Notes under the pieces: generated by a model
What the model was told of the DNA's origin: nothing
Seen by the model: only the letters and a program-made list of their open reading frames with translations
Database searches by the model: none
Source of the DNA: Blastocatellia bacterium
Lineage (GTDB): Bacteria; Acidobacteriota; Blastocatellia; RBC074
Assembly: GCA_035429885.1 (NCBI GenBank)
Contig: DAOMFR010000019.1
Coordinates: 67 to 64,066, forward strand
Direction: 5' to 3'
DNA length: 64,000 bases
Translations under genes and position numbers: made by a program
Shown here: positions 12,701 to 23,302 of the stretch, piece after piece
Position numbering within the stretch: the first letter of the stretch is position 1
Layout: every line of letters starts with the position of its first letter

Positions 12701-15700
12701 GCAGTGCAACATTCAGCGCTTCTGCCGTGCGTTCGGCCATCAGATTGATCTGCTGCGAGGCCGGAGCGACCGCGAAGGTGAATTGTTCGTAGCCCGGTTC
12801 GATGGTTTGTGCGTCCGGCAAAGGGCGATCCAGGCTGGCGGGATCATAAGCGGGAATGTTCGGTTTGACTGGCACGGGCTGGTCCGGGAAGTCAACGTTT
12901 CGCACCGCAGGCCATTTATCCGTGTTGGCTCGATCTTTGGGTTCGACGCCGTGTTCACCCTGGGTATCGTCAACTGTGCGCGTAAAGAACACGAGTTTTT
13001 CCGGCTCTTGCAGTTCGACATTGATCACGCCGCCGCCTTCGCCCTCTGCCGCAACTTCCAGGAGGATTTGCGGCTTCGGATAAACGTTCGGCTTTTCCTG
13101 GCTGGCCTGAACATTCCACAACGGAACCTGCCAGCCTTCATTCGGAATATCGCTTCCCCAATCGCTATCCACGTTGATGACACGGCTTTTGAATTCATCG
13201 CCCGTCACGAACCCGCGCGAAATGGCCTCGGCACCGAATTCGGGATATTTGCGAACGGGCTGTAAGAGTTCGACGAACTCGCGCACTTTTCGCAGCAGGG
13301 GGCGTCCCAGATGATGTTCCTGCTTGTCTTTGAACTGCTCAGTAGGCGCAACAGTGCGTTCGTAAATGATGACGTGCTTGGCCAGATTCCAGAACGCCCC
13401 GATGCGGCCAATCCGTTCGATGCTATAAAAGTATGTCCGCCCCATCGCCACGTTGGCATAAATCGTGGTCAGTCCGCCGTTAAACACCGCTTTCTGATTT
13501 CCCCATCCGCCCAGCGAGGAAAAGAACGGATTGGCCAGTTGGCTGCCGTCAAAAGATTTCGGCTCACTGAGCAACTGGTCGTAAATGTTGGCGGATTCGA
13601 ATCCCCAAGTGACGCCGCCTACCAACCCATCCGGCGGCGAGGACGCTCGGCGAGGATCGTTTTCTGGAACTAATTTGGTCGAAATTGGATACCGCAGCTT
13701 CGCCGTGTTTCTCAACTCATAGTTCACGCCTTCCGTGACAATCAGATTCGCGGGTTGATTGGCATCGTAAGCTTCCAGAACAGACAGGCGGGACAAATAG
13801 CGACTGTAAAGCTCCGCCCACGCGCGGCGAAATTCTTTGTAAACCTCCAGCTGCCGGCTGGAAGCGGAAGTTTTCCATTTCAAATCCCGGCTCAATCGTC
13901 CAGGAATCTGGCCGAGTTTTGAATCGAGTTCCGCAAGCCGCAAAAACGGATAAGTGACTTGGCAGGCTAAGCCGTAAAACAGTTCAAAGCGCGCGTTCAC
14001 AATGCTGGCGCCGGGCGCGCGTTGCCCGGGAAAGCCCAGAATTCGCCGTAAATTCCAGGGCGCTTCGGCAAATCGCTGCTTGAAAAACGATGGCTTCAGG
14101 TTGAGTTTGGCCAAGGGCGAGAATCGGAAATCTATTGGCGCATTTTCCGGCACATCTTCGTGCTTGCCGGTCAGCTTCCATTTTTCCATCGCTTCGCCAA
14201 GGCCCTGTGGCGGCAGAAACAGGTTGAATCCTTCGCTGCTGCCGATCAGTTCCCAGCTTGCGCCTTCATCGGCAGTGGCAGACCAATTGCCGATTTCGCG
14301 TATACCTTCCTGCGCAGAACCGACAAACGGCGGAGCTTCGACCAGGGCAACCAAAAACGGCTGCGCATCCAGCGAGATCAGTCTTTGCTGGCCACGCAAT
14401 TGGCTGGAACCTGAACCATATTCCAGCAACCGCATGGAAAGTGTCTGAGATTGCTCCGCTTCGGTTCTCTCTTCGAAATCGAGCATAAATTGCGGCTTCC
14501 GGGTTTGATCCAAAGCCGATTGCTCTGCGGAGCTTTTCAACAATGCGTTGGCCAAGTGGGAAGGAAATGGAATCAACAATGGGCGGCGGCGGCGAAATTG
14601 CCGCTCCAAGCCAGCTTCAAATTCTTCCTCCGCCGTCAGCGTGACGGTGTCGCAAGAACCGAGCACATCGGCTGAAACAAATTCTTCGCCGGGCAAATCG
14701 TCTTGTCCGCCCGGCACCAGATCGAACAGCGCCAGACGGCCTTTGATGTTCACTGTCAACACTTCCGCAGAATACAAATCTCCCAAAGCGGCTTTGCGAA
14801 AACAGACCCGCAGCAGCGAATCCGCCGCAAGTTGCAAATCGGCAAGACGCGCTTGTTTGGCAGGACGTTCGGGAAACACCAAATCCAATGCTCCGACGCG
14901 CGAAATCTGTTCATCGGAATTTCCTGGCAAATGCTCGGTTTGGAACGAAAACGGGAGCGATTCTTTTTCGATAAGCAGCTCATCGGGCTTGCCGTTTTTG
15001 AATTGCGTGCTGACGACCCGGTACGTCAGCCGTAACGGTTCGCCAACTTGGGACAAAAATCCGGGCAAGATGGCTTTGGTGGCGAACTCACTCAGGCTGG
15101 GATAAAGAGAGCGCACCCTAAGTCCGATTCCTCCAGCTCGAAACTTATCACTGTGCAAATCGAACTTGTTATCATCAAAGACCAAATCGCGCGAACCGTC
15201 AGTCATTTTTGCCATCAACGTCCAGCGCGGCGCGGCCAGGGGCGGTTCCGGTGGAGTTCCCCCCGGCACATTTTCCCGCTCGGCCCTTGGCGGATCTTGC
15301 AGCAAATCTTCTCCGGCGGTGAACATCCAAACGGGCATGAAGGAAACCGGGCGACCATCCTGAATCATGTGCAATGCGTGCAGATAGGGCCGGGCGATGG
15401 AATTGTTCCAAAGCTGAAGCACGCTGGTGTGCGGAATGCCTTCAAGCTGCACGACCCATTGGCCGAGCGGAAGTTGATCGTACTGTGTTGTATTGCGATT
15501 GCGGGGTTGGCGCTGGACAATGGTCAGCGGAGCCAGATTCTCATCGTCCAGGTTAAGAGCCTCTGTCTGAGCCTTGCAGATATTCAGCCGCGCATCTTCC
15601 TGCCATTCATTCTCGCCACTGCATCGGCTGACGCGAATATCCGGCGAGGGCGAAAGCACTTTGTGATCAACGCCCGGATGAAGAGAGAGTCTGCGGCTGA

Positions 15701-16337
15701 ATACCAGATGAATCGTAGCAGTTGTGCTCGGCAATCCGGATTCTTCCAGGCAAGCAAAGGTCACCTGGATTTTTGACCGAGGATCATTAGGACTGTCGTT
15801 TGGTTGTTCCGGCGGACCGTCTGATGCGAGTCCCAATCGTCTGGCCAGATCGGGAAGCTCACCAACGCGCCCAATGACCAACGCCTTGTTCCTAAGAGAT
15901 TCAAGCGGCTCGTTTTCGATATCCTCTAGCGCGCCTCTCACTTCCGGGAAAGGGGCCAACCCCGGCGGCCCGATCATTTCCAAAGATTCAACGACAATCT
16001 GCCCGTTGGTCCTGATCTTCAATTGGCAATCGAATTGAAGAACCGGCTTTGCCCCGGTTTTGCGCAGCAAACAACGGATTAGGCAATTGATCCGAATCTC
16101 TTTGCGATTGCTGCTGATTCTCACCTGTTCGCTGCCGTCTTCGTTTTGGGGCAGCACATCAAGAATCAGCAAGGGCTGACCTGACGTATTGACGTCAAAA
16201 AGCACAATGCGGTCAAACCCGACCAAGGGCGCATTTGTCGGACTTTCTTGCGCCCGCTTGTTCACAAGATTCAATTCCAGTTTGAGTTCCAAAGCTCCGG
16301 AGAGTGACTGGCGGTAAGCGCGTAGGATCGTTGGCAT
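9798..16337 (-). CDS. giant protein (2179 aa) of unknown function with central coiled-coil region and beta-rich C-terminus
   Basis: Uninterrupted ORF starting MPTILRAYRQSLSGALELKLELN, with AGGAG upstream. Long alanine/glutamate/lysine-rich helical segment (AAL..VRNVTMVRARLRTVEEF through VVNQAESDFRQAIVDAKAKV). Alternating hydrophobic beta-like C-terminal part. 36-nt gap to the next gene. Confidence 0.9.
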   Translation of the reverse strand: MPTILRAYRQSLSGALELKLELNLVNKRAQESPTNAPLVGFDRIVLFDVNTSGQPLLILDVLPQNEDGSEQVRISSNRKEIRINCLIRCLLRKTGAKPVLQFDCQLKIRTNGQIVVESLEMIGPPGLAPFPEVRGALEDIENEPLESLRNKALVIGRVGELPDLARRLGLASDGPPEQPNDSPNDPRSKIQVTFACLEESGLPSTTATIHLVFSRRLSLHPGVDHKVLSPSPDIRVSRCSGENEWQEDARLNICKAQTEALNLDDENLAPLTIVQRQPRNRNTTQYDQLPLGQWVVQLEGIPHTSVLQLWNNSIARPYLHALHMIQDGRPVSFMPVWMFTAGEDLLQDPPRAERENVPGGTPPEPPLAAPRWTLMAKMTDGSRDLVFDDNKFDLHSDKFRAGGIGLRVRSLYPSLSEFATKAILPGFLSQVGEPLRLTYRVVSTQFKNGKPDELLIEKESLPFSFQTEHLPGNSDEQISRVGALDLVFPERPAKQARLADLQLAADSLLRVCFRKAALGDLYSAEVLTVNIKGRLALFDLVPGGQDDLPGEEFVSADVLGSCDTVTLTAEEEFEAGLERQFRRRRPLLIPFPSHLANALLKSSAEQSALDQTRKPQFMLDFEERTEAEQSQTLSMRLLEYGSGSSQLRGQQRLISLDAQPFLVALVEAPPFVGSAQEGIREIGNWSATADEGASWELIGSSEGFNLFLPPQGLGEAMEKWKLTGKHEDVPENAPIDFRFSPLAKLNLKPSFFKQRFAEAPWNLRRILGFPGQRAPGASIVNARFELFYGLACQVTYPFLRLAELDSKLGQIPGRLSRDLKWKTSASSRQLEVYKEFRRAWAELYSRYLSRLSVLEAYDANQPANLIVTEGVNYELRNTAKLRYPISTKLVPENDPRRASSPPDGLVGGVTWGFESANIYDQLLSEPKSFDGSQLANPFFSSLGGWGNQKAVFNGGLTTIYANVAMGRTYFYSIERIGRIGAFWNLAKHVIIYERTVAPTEQFKDKQEHHLGRPLLRKVREFVELLQPVRKYPEFGAEAISRGFVTGDEFKSRVINVDSDWGSDIPNEGWQVPLWNVQASQEKPNVYPKPQILLEVAAEGEGGGVINVELQEPEKLVFFTRTVDDTQGEHGVEPKDRANTDKWPAVRNVDFPDQPVPVKPNIPAYDPASLDRPLPDAQTIEPGYEQFTFAVAPASQQINLMAERTAEALNVALRNVTMVRARLRTVEEFTEGAQRNGVIAAREGVAKLKRITEQTEEILQTILSKLPKDGNVTQAAVTELTKTIDELIAKHNSSDGLKGNFNALINQTVGDKKLSDLFRGQNVLCGVLNNATDAAIDFAQDRVIKLFADIEADLHKSIDRLSQATGNLKDNVIGAINEYGRRIEDLFTIVNTGLEELMRQAETGYQAALDFKTQAEREINAVINIADKLTTEGSARARQEIEELRRRLQALLRKLESAARSGTETKLAGLIEKVRSNIASLGQKIDVQLGEIDKKLQQGATNVKTELEAFRSNLSTAFVQLENDLKNLRTEIQAALSQAQAEVNKPRQVIKGIQAKLVAAVNQAQATPAALRQAVSDVVNQAESDFRQAIVDAKAKVREITCNVLVAKLLDEASEFGNVLNNLLGGGNVADHFLEKLKAQLTASIGKPFAELRGDIERVFDDIRFRLAPFADRVNQALGEFAGLADETLHQIGDTTLRLLRAFGDAPRVPMLDFNRLRLAYYFDELKRHVDLTPVTALFNRLGDDLKGFGLRFPVANLLDRVVPDALENFDFSNLFPDFAGLKLEKLFSGLKFPLLPKLPGIGNGENVKVTHGVDTQARRAWVKATINVPLTDKATIFSFGPVELKLAKATFTSEAMITAELGSAPRLKVQGQIKGDWELIILGTSVVTFRETTLTFNDQGKIRFDISTDKIEMAGALQFLTDLLKKFLPSSGDDLPPIRLIIIDGKPAGVETVIDLPLPPVQLGAFGISGLVMGAGFRLLLRPVSTGIEFALGVALSFGKKEDPFTLTIFILGGGGWFDTRLTYYPLNNRLLGDITIGITASASLAIALGPIKGSVSITFGIYADFHIDTGGGSAFAITLMLLLKGEVEVLSIVSVSISLLLEAQYSSDGSLVGRGTLKVRIKICWCFTFKFSKTVTYTFKKGSGSGSQAAIASSFALELAAAGDEFDLAAAEYLAMFE

Positions 16338-16734
16338 AAATCTAACTCCTGGCCGCTAGGCAGTGAAATGGCAGTTCTGAAGTTGTAATTGATGACTGTG
16401 CGATCAACTTGAGAACAGTTATTCGCAAAAGCAATTCCAAGATTGCTTTTCTTAAAGACGCATGCCTGTTGTTTGGTAAGAGGGCTGCTGCTACTCAGCC
16501 AAGTGGAGGACCGATCACTGCGATCCGGCTGACCCAGAATTTTCCCCACAAATCACTGGCTATACACACGGCCGAAGCAACGCCGCGCACTCTACGCCCG
16601 GCAACTTCCGATTGTCAATCTTTTCATTTGGCCCACTGACAAATTCCCGAAAACAATTGTGAAAGCATGGGCGATCCAAAGCTGAGAACGTTGGGGGGGA
16701 ATATTCATCTATGTGAAACGGCAACGGTGTTGTG

Positions 16735-17211
16735 CTAAGCCTGAGACTTCGTCAAGTCGGCGAGCGTCGCGGAAGCGGCTCGTTGCAAATCGGCGGGGGC
16801 CAGAATCATTTGGATTCCGCGCTGACCGGCGCTGACGCTCAGGCGTTCGTGGTTGGGCGCGGTTTGATCCAGGTAAAACGGATACTTCTTTTTCGTGCCC
16901 AGCGGAGACACGCCTCCGCGAATGTACCCGGTCAGGGCTTGGATTTCTTTGACGGCGACCAGTTCGACCTTTTTGTTGCCGGTGGCGGCCGCGAATTTTT
17001 TCAGGTCGAGTTCGGCGTTGCCGGGAATGCAGGCCATGATCACTCCGGTTTTGTCGCCGCGAGCGACCAGCGTTTTGAACGTCGCTTCCGGAGGCATGTT
17101 CACTTTGCGAGCGACGGTAATGGCGTCGAGTTCGTCTTCGTTCACTTCGTATTCGCGCAGTTCGTAGGCGATCTTCAGTTGATCCAGCATTCGTGCGGCA
17201 ATGGTTTTCAT
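16735..17211 (-). CDS. ybaK: Cys-tRNA(Pro)/Cys-tRNA(Cys) deacylase YbaK/EbsC family
   Basis: [61 protein letters not shown] and [17 protein letters not shown] are typical of YbaK. Confidence 0.92.
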   Translation of the reverse strand: MKTIAARMLDQLKIAYELREYEVNEDELDAITVARKVNMPPEATFKTLVARGDKTGVIMACIPGNAELDLKKFAAATGNKKVELVAVKEIQALTGYIRGGVSPLGTKKKYPFYLDQTAPNHERLSVSAGQRGIQMILAPADLQRAASATLADLTKSQA

Positions 17212-17330
17212 CGTTTAGTTCTCTTGGGTGAAAGTTTCCGGTGAAGCAAGTAATTAAGCCATTTGCGCGTTCCAGGCAAGATGGCGGCAGAAATTGACAG
17301 ATGCGCCCTTCGTAAAGATACTGCACGGCG

Positions 17331-17807
17331 ATGAAGCTGTCTCAATTCCAACACAATCAGAAACCAGAGTTGGGGAAACCGGCAAATCCGGCGGTCAAAG
17401 ATTTAGGGCCGCTGGAACGATCGGTCATGGAATTCGTTTGGCAACAGTACGAAACCAACAAGGACGCCAATGTGAAAGTCAGTGTGCGCGATGTGGTTTT
17501 GGCGTTCGACGGACGACTGGCCTACACCACGCTGATGACGACGTTGGATCGGTTGTATAAAAAAGGGTTGTTGCAACGACAGAAAGATGGCCGCGCGTTT
17601 GTGTATACGCCGAGTTTGTCTGCGCAGGAATTGGAACGTAGCTTTGCGCGCAATGTGATTGATGCGCTGTTGGGACGTGGGGAACACGGCGTTGAACCGG
17701 TGTTGGCTTGCATTGTGGACGCTGTTAGCGAACACGATCGCGAATTGCTGGATAATCTGGATCGGTTGATTCAGCAAAAACGGCAAACGCTTGAGGAACA
17801 GGAGTGA
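17331..17807 (+). CDS. BlaI/MecI/CopY family transcriptional repressor
   Basis: LGPLERSVMEFVWQ, VSVRDVVLAFDGRLAYTTLMTTLDRLYKKGLLQRQKDGRAFVYTPSLSAQEL. Confidence 0.93.
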   Translation: MKLSQFQHNQKPELGKPANPAVKDLGPLERSVMEFVWQQYETNKDANVKVSVRDVVLAFDGRLAYTTLMTTLDRLYKKGLLQRQKDGRAFVYTPSLSAQELERSFARNVIDALLGRGEHGVEPVLACIVDAVSEHDRELLDNLDRLIQQKRQTLEEQE

Positions 17808-18832
17808 TGACAATGTACGAGTGGTTGGGAATTTGTTTGGCATTGTCCGCTCTGTTGACGCTGAACGCTGCAATCTCGGCGCTGACGGCAATGGTTTGGC
17901 GATTGGTGCAGGCGCGCGCGAACCATTGGTCGGCCAAGACAAAAGCTCAATGGATTTTTGTCTTGCGTGTGTTTCCGGGAATTGCTTCGTTGATCAGTGT
18001 CGCGGTGTTTTTGATTCCTGCCTACATTGCGCACGAACCTCGCCATCAATCGGAACATGTCACGATCAAGCTGGCAGCGCTGGCGGCTTTTTCTGCTGCC
18101 GGAGTGGTCCTGGCAGGCTGGCGAGGATTGGCCGCCTGGCGCGTGACGCGCAACCTGATTCGCCAATGGCTTGCCAATTCTGAATCCATTTCACTGAACC
18201 CAGCCACAATTCAGGTTCCCGCGTACCGGTTGCGGCATGCATTCCCGGTCATTGCGGTTGTCGGGACGTTTCGCCCGAAACTGTTCATTGCGGATTTTCT
18301 GTTTGATTCCTTAACACCGAAAGAATTGGCTGCGGCGATCGCTCACGAATGTGGGCATCTGGCGGCGCGCGACAATTTGAAGCGCACCTTATTAAGAATT
18401 TGCCGCGACGTGTTGACGATTGTTCCTTGCGGGCGTGCGTTGGATCGGTACTGGGCAGAAGCTTCCGAAGAGGCCGCTGATGAATTTGCCGCTCAGCACA
18501 GCGGCCGGACAGCGTTGGAACTGGCTTCGGCGCTCGTAAAAATTGCGCGTTTGGTTCCGCAAGGGGGAAGTCCGATTCTTTCCGCCAAAACCGCCGGAGC
18601 GTTGTTGATTGGCCAGGATTTGACTGGACTCGCCCGCAGAGTCACGCGGTTGACGGAACTAGCCTCCGCGACGAAAACGCATCATTCCATGGAGCTAGAT
18701 GCTCCTACAGCTGTTCCGGCATCGTTATGGTTATTGGCAGGCACGTTGCTGATGGCAATCGCCATGTTGGCCAATTCTTCCCTCGCAACCGTTCATAAAT
18801 GGATCGAATTCACGGTTTCGATTCTGCAATAG
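17804..18832 (+). CDS. M56-family (BlaR1-like) membrane metallopeptidase
   Basis: 4-nt overlap with the BlaI-type gene; multiple TM segments; HExxH motif in AAAIAHECGHLAARDNLKR; YWAEASEEAADEFAAQ. No C-terminal penicillin-binding domain. Confidence 0.88.
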   Translation: MMTMYEWLGICLALSALLTLNAAISALTAMVWRLVQARANHWSAKTKAQWIFVLRVFPGIASLISVAVFLIPAYIAHEPRHQSEHVTIKLAALAAFSAAGVVLAGWRGLAAWRVTRNLIRQWLANSESISLNPATIQVPAYRLRHAFPVIAVVGTFRPKLFIADFLFDSLTPKELAAAIAHECGHLAARDNLKRTLLRICRDVLTIVPCGRALDRYWAEASEEAADEFAAQHSGRTALELASALVKIARLVPQGGSPILSAKTAGALLIGQDLTGLARRVTRLTELASATKTHHSMELDAPTAVPASLWLLAGTLLMAIAMLANSSLATVHKWIEFTVSILQ

Positions 18833-19012
18833 ATTGGAAAATGATTCGGTTACGATTGCTGGTAGTAATACGTCCCACCAACTAGCATCTACAGCTTGAC
18901 GCCTGACTGGTCCAAGCAGGCGCAATTCACTAATCAACAGATACTCAAAAATTGATTTCTGACTGATCAAGGCGGTCGGAAACGGAAAATTTAACTTAAG
19001 GAGTCGCACACA

Positions 19013-21745
19013 ATGCTCTTTCTCAAGACAGGGCGGCTGACTGTCTGGCTGTCCTGCTTTTTTGCTCTTACGATGTTGGCGCTGAGTGCCAGAGCCCAAT
19101 CCGGCTACGAGGTGGCTGGCGCTGTGAAAGACAGCTCTGGAGCCGCGGTCAATCAAGCCACGGTCAGTCTGTTGAATTCTCGTCAATCGGCAGTGGCTTC
19201 GACGAGCACCGATGCGCAAGGTCAATTCACGCTTCGGAATGTTCCCGCCGGAAGTTACGAATTGCTGGTCAGCGGCAAAGGATTTCAACGCCGCAGCCGC
19301 GCCGTTTCGTTGCCACGCGATGCGGGTTCGCCAGTCGAGATTCAACTCGGCCTGGATTCGCTGACTGCCGAAGTCACCATCACGGCGGAAATCGGATCGG
19401 TGCAATCGCTGGACGAAACCACGCAACAGGTCAACGTCATTGACGAACGCAAAATCGGGCAACGCGCCACTTCTGTGCTGGCGCAAGTCGCGCAGGAAGA
19501 ACCGGGATTGCAACTGCAACGCACCAGCGCCACCATCGGCGCAATTTTTGTGCGTGGCGTGACCGGCGCAAAAGTGGTCAATTACGTAGACGGAATCCGC
19601 TATTCCAATTCTGCTGCGCGCGGCGGAGTCAATTCGTTTTTCAACCTGAACGACGCCAGCAATCTGCGCGCAGTCGAAGTGATTCGCGGACCCAACAGTG
19701 CGCAATTTGGCAGCGATTCCATCGGCGGCAGCGTCAATCTGATTTCTCAGCCGCCGCTGTACACCAATGGCGGGCTGGAAGTTCACGGCAAAATCTCCAC
19801 ACATTACAACAGCGCCGATCACGGTTTTGGCGGCAACACCTTGTTGACCTTTGGCGGCAAGGATTTGTCCGTGCTGGTGAACTTGCCGTTTCATCGCAGC
19901 AGCACGCTGCGTCCCGGCGGCGGGTATGACACACACGCCGCGGTCAATCGCTTTTTGGGATTGCGTTCGGATGTGCTCGACGGTGAACGTTCGACGGACA
20001 CGGCCTTCACGCAATACGGCGGATTGTTCAAGCTGAGCTATAAACTGACGCCGAACGACCAGCTTTCGGTGCATTACCAACGCGGACAAATTGATGGAGG
20101 CAAGCGCTTCGATCAAACGCTGGGCGGCGACGGCAACCTGATTGCCGACCTGCGCAATTTTATGCTCGATTTCTTTTATGGACGGTATGAACGATTCAAT
20201 GCCGGGCCGTTTGATGCCTTGTCGGTTTCGTATTCGTACAACGCTCAGCGCGAAGAGCGTGTGAATCAAGGAGGGAACGGAAATCCGACCGGCACGATTA
20301 CTCACCAATACGAACGCACTGTCGTTCACGGCGGACAAGCGCAAGCCGCCAAAGATTGGTCGCGCAATCATCTAGTCATCGGCGGTGAGTTTTATTTTGA
20401 CCGCGTTCGCACCCCATCGTTTGTCTTCAACCCGGCAAACGGAGCCGTGACGTTGGCTCGCCCACGCATTCCAGACGACGCCACATACAAAAACGGCGGC
20501 ATCTACGTTCAGGATGTCGTGACAGTGATTCCCAATCGGTTGCGACTGATCGGCGCGTTGCGGTACGGGCGCGCGTCGTATGAATCGCTGGCTTCAAACA
20601 GCCCGCTGGTGGGTGGCGCTCCGTTGTGGCCGAACGACAGTTTGACGGCGGATGCCGTGACGCCGCGAGTTGGCGCCGTGCTGACCATTGTCGAAGGGCT
20701 GAACATTTCCGCCCAGGTCAGCCGTGGATTTCGCACTCCGCACATCACCGATTTGGGAACAGTCGGACTGACCGGCAACGGATTTGAAGCCAACGCGGTT
20801 GATCTGGCGGGCAAAGGCGCAACGCTTGGTTCGACCGCTTCCAGCGCGGCAGTTTCGACGGGAATTCCGGTGGCTCAACTGAAGCCGGAAACCAGTTGGA
20901 CTTACGAAGGAGGCATTCATTTGCACCGCAGCCGTGTGGACGTTGATGTCAATGGATTCGTCAACGACATTTACGACAACATCGTGTTGCAATCGTTGAT
21001 TTTGCCGCAGGGAGCCGTCGGGTCGCAGTTGGGCGATCAACGCATCAGTTCGCAAAATGCCGCTGGCGTCGTCTTCGTTCCGGCGTCCACCAATCCGGTG
21101 TTGATCCGGTCGAACTTTGGCGATTCGCGCATTTACGGCATCGAACAGAAATTTGATTTGCGCATTTCGCGCAGTTGGACGTTCGGCCAGAACTTCACTT
21201 ACCTGCACGCGGAAGACAAATTGACGAAATTGCCGCCGACCATCGAAGGTGGAACGCCTGCGCCGCAAGGTTCATTGCGTGTGCGGTATGAAACTGCTGG
21301 CAGCCGGTTCTGGATCGAACCGTATTTGTACGGCGCCCGGAAACAGGATCGGTTGTCAACGCTGGATTTGGATGATCGCCGCACAGGCGCATCCCGTTCG
21401 CGCGGAGCAATTGCCAACTTTTTCAATCGTGGAGCATTCGCGCGCGGTTTGATCGCGGCAGGGAATGATGGACGATTTGGCACGGCGGATGACATTTTGA
21501 AACCGACCGGCGAAACCCTGTCGCAGGTGCAAACTCGCGTGCTGGGCACTGCGGCGAGCGCTCCGTTGTACACCTACATTCCGGGATTTTTGACGGGAGG
21601 AATTCGCGGAGGATTCCGCGTCGGAGAAAGTCACGAAGTTATGCTCGACTTTTCCAACATCAACGATAAGAACTATCGCGGCATCAGTTGGGGAACCGAT
21701 GCGCCGGGACGAAGCTTGGGATTCCGGTACAACTATCGGTTCTAA
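19013..21745 (+). CDS. TonB-dependent receptor with N-terminal carboxypeptidase-regulatory-like domain
   Basis: Signal peptide; VAGAVKDSSGAAVNQATVSLLN...GQFTLRNVPAGSYELLVSG; plug motif VEVIRGPNSAQFGSDSIGGSVNLIS; barrel ends in aromatic residue (..RSLGFRYNYRF*). Confidence 0.93.
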   Translation: MLFLKTGRLTVWLSCFFALTMLALSARAQSGYEVAGAVKDSSGAAVNQATVSLLNSRQSAVASTSTDAQGQFTLRNVPAGSYELLVSGKGFQRRSRAVSLPRDAGSPVEIQLGLDSLTAEVTITAEIGSVQSLDETTQQVNVIDERKIGQRATSVLAQVAQEEPGLQLQRTSATIGAIFVRGVTGAKVVNYVDGIRYSNSAARGGVNSFFNLNDASNLRAVEVIRGPNSAQFGSDSIGGSVNLISQPPLYTNGGLEVHGKISTHYNSADHGFGGNTLLTFGGKDLSVLVNLPFHRSSTLRPGGGYDTHAAVNRFLGLRSDVLDGERSTDTAFTQYGGLFKLSYKLTPNDQLSVHYQRGQIDGGKRFDQTLGGDGNLIADLRNFMLDFFYGRYERFNAGPFDALSVSYSYNAQREERVNQGGNGNPTGTITHQYERTVVHGGQAQAAKDWSRNHLVIGGEFYFDRVRTPSFVFNPANGAVTLARPRIPDDATYKNGGIYVQDVVTVIPNRLRLIGALRYGRASYESLASNSPLVGGAPLWPNDSLTADAVTPRVGAVLTIVEGLNISAQVSRGFRTPHITDLGTVGLTGNGFEANAVDLAGKGATLGSTASSAAVSTGIPVAQLKPETSWTYEGGIHLHRSRVDVDVNGFVNDIYDNIVLQSLILPQGAVGSQLGDQRISSQNAAGVVFVPASTNPVLIRSNFGDSRIYGIEQKFDLRISRSWTFGQNFTYLHAEDKLTKLPPTIEGGTPAPQGSLRVRYETAGSRFWIEPYLYGARKQDRLSTLDLDDRRTGASRSRGAIANFFNRGAFARGLIAAGNDGRFGTADDILKPTGETLSQVQTRVLGTAASAPLYTYIPGFLTGGIRGGFRVGESHEVMLDFSNINDKNYRGISWGTDAPGRSLGFRYNYRF

Positions 21746-21750
21746 ATCAC

Positions 21751-21836
21751 TTTAGGCAGGAACGGCAGCATTGGGAGGTAGGCTGGAGTCCCCACACTCC
21801 AACCTATCCTCTGCAATCCTGTCAGTCCTGCCTAAA
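21751..21836. terminator. long imperfect hairpin between convergent genes; bidirectional terminator or REP-like element
   Basis: tttaggcaggaacggcagcattgggaggtaggctggagt pairs imperfectly with actccaacctatcctctgcaatcctgtcagtcctgcctaaa; located between TonB receptor stop and DUF1501 stop. Confidence 0.55.
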
Positions 21837-21845
21837 CCCGTTTTC

Positions 21846-23297
<1,452 letters not shown>

Positions 23298-23302
23298 AGC
23301 AA

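Noticed and set aside
10306-16038. Several plus-strand ORFs of 70-290 aa (e.g. 10306-11178, 11421-12239, 12561-13265, 15048-15776)
   Set aside because: Antisense shadows of the 2179-aa gene, overlapping in mutually incompatible frames, without motifs or consistent RBS.
4119-16337. Interpretation of the giant gene pair as a Tc toxin, contractile injection or polymorphic toxin locus
   Set aside because: No RHS/YD repeats, VgrG/PAAR-like sequence, sheath/tube genes or small immunity-like genes next to it; function left as unknown.
16338-16734. Intergenic region checked for RNA genes
   Set aside because: No tRNA-like cloverleaf or clear riboswitch-like structure recognisable by eye; a covariance model search would be required.
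18731-20371. 546-aa minus-strand ORF opposite the TonB receptor
   Set aside because: Overlaps the M56 end and the well-supported receptor gene; no recognisable motif.
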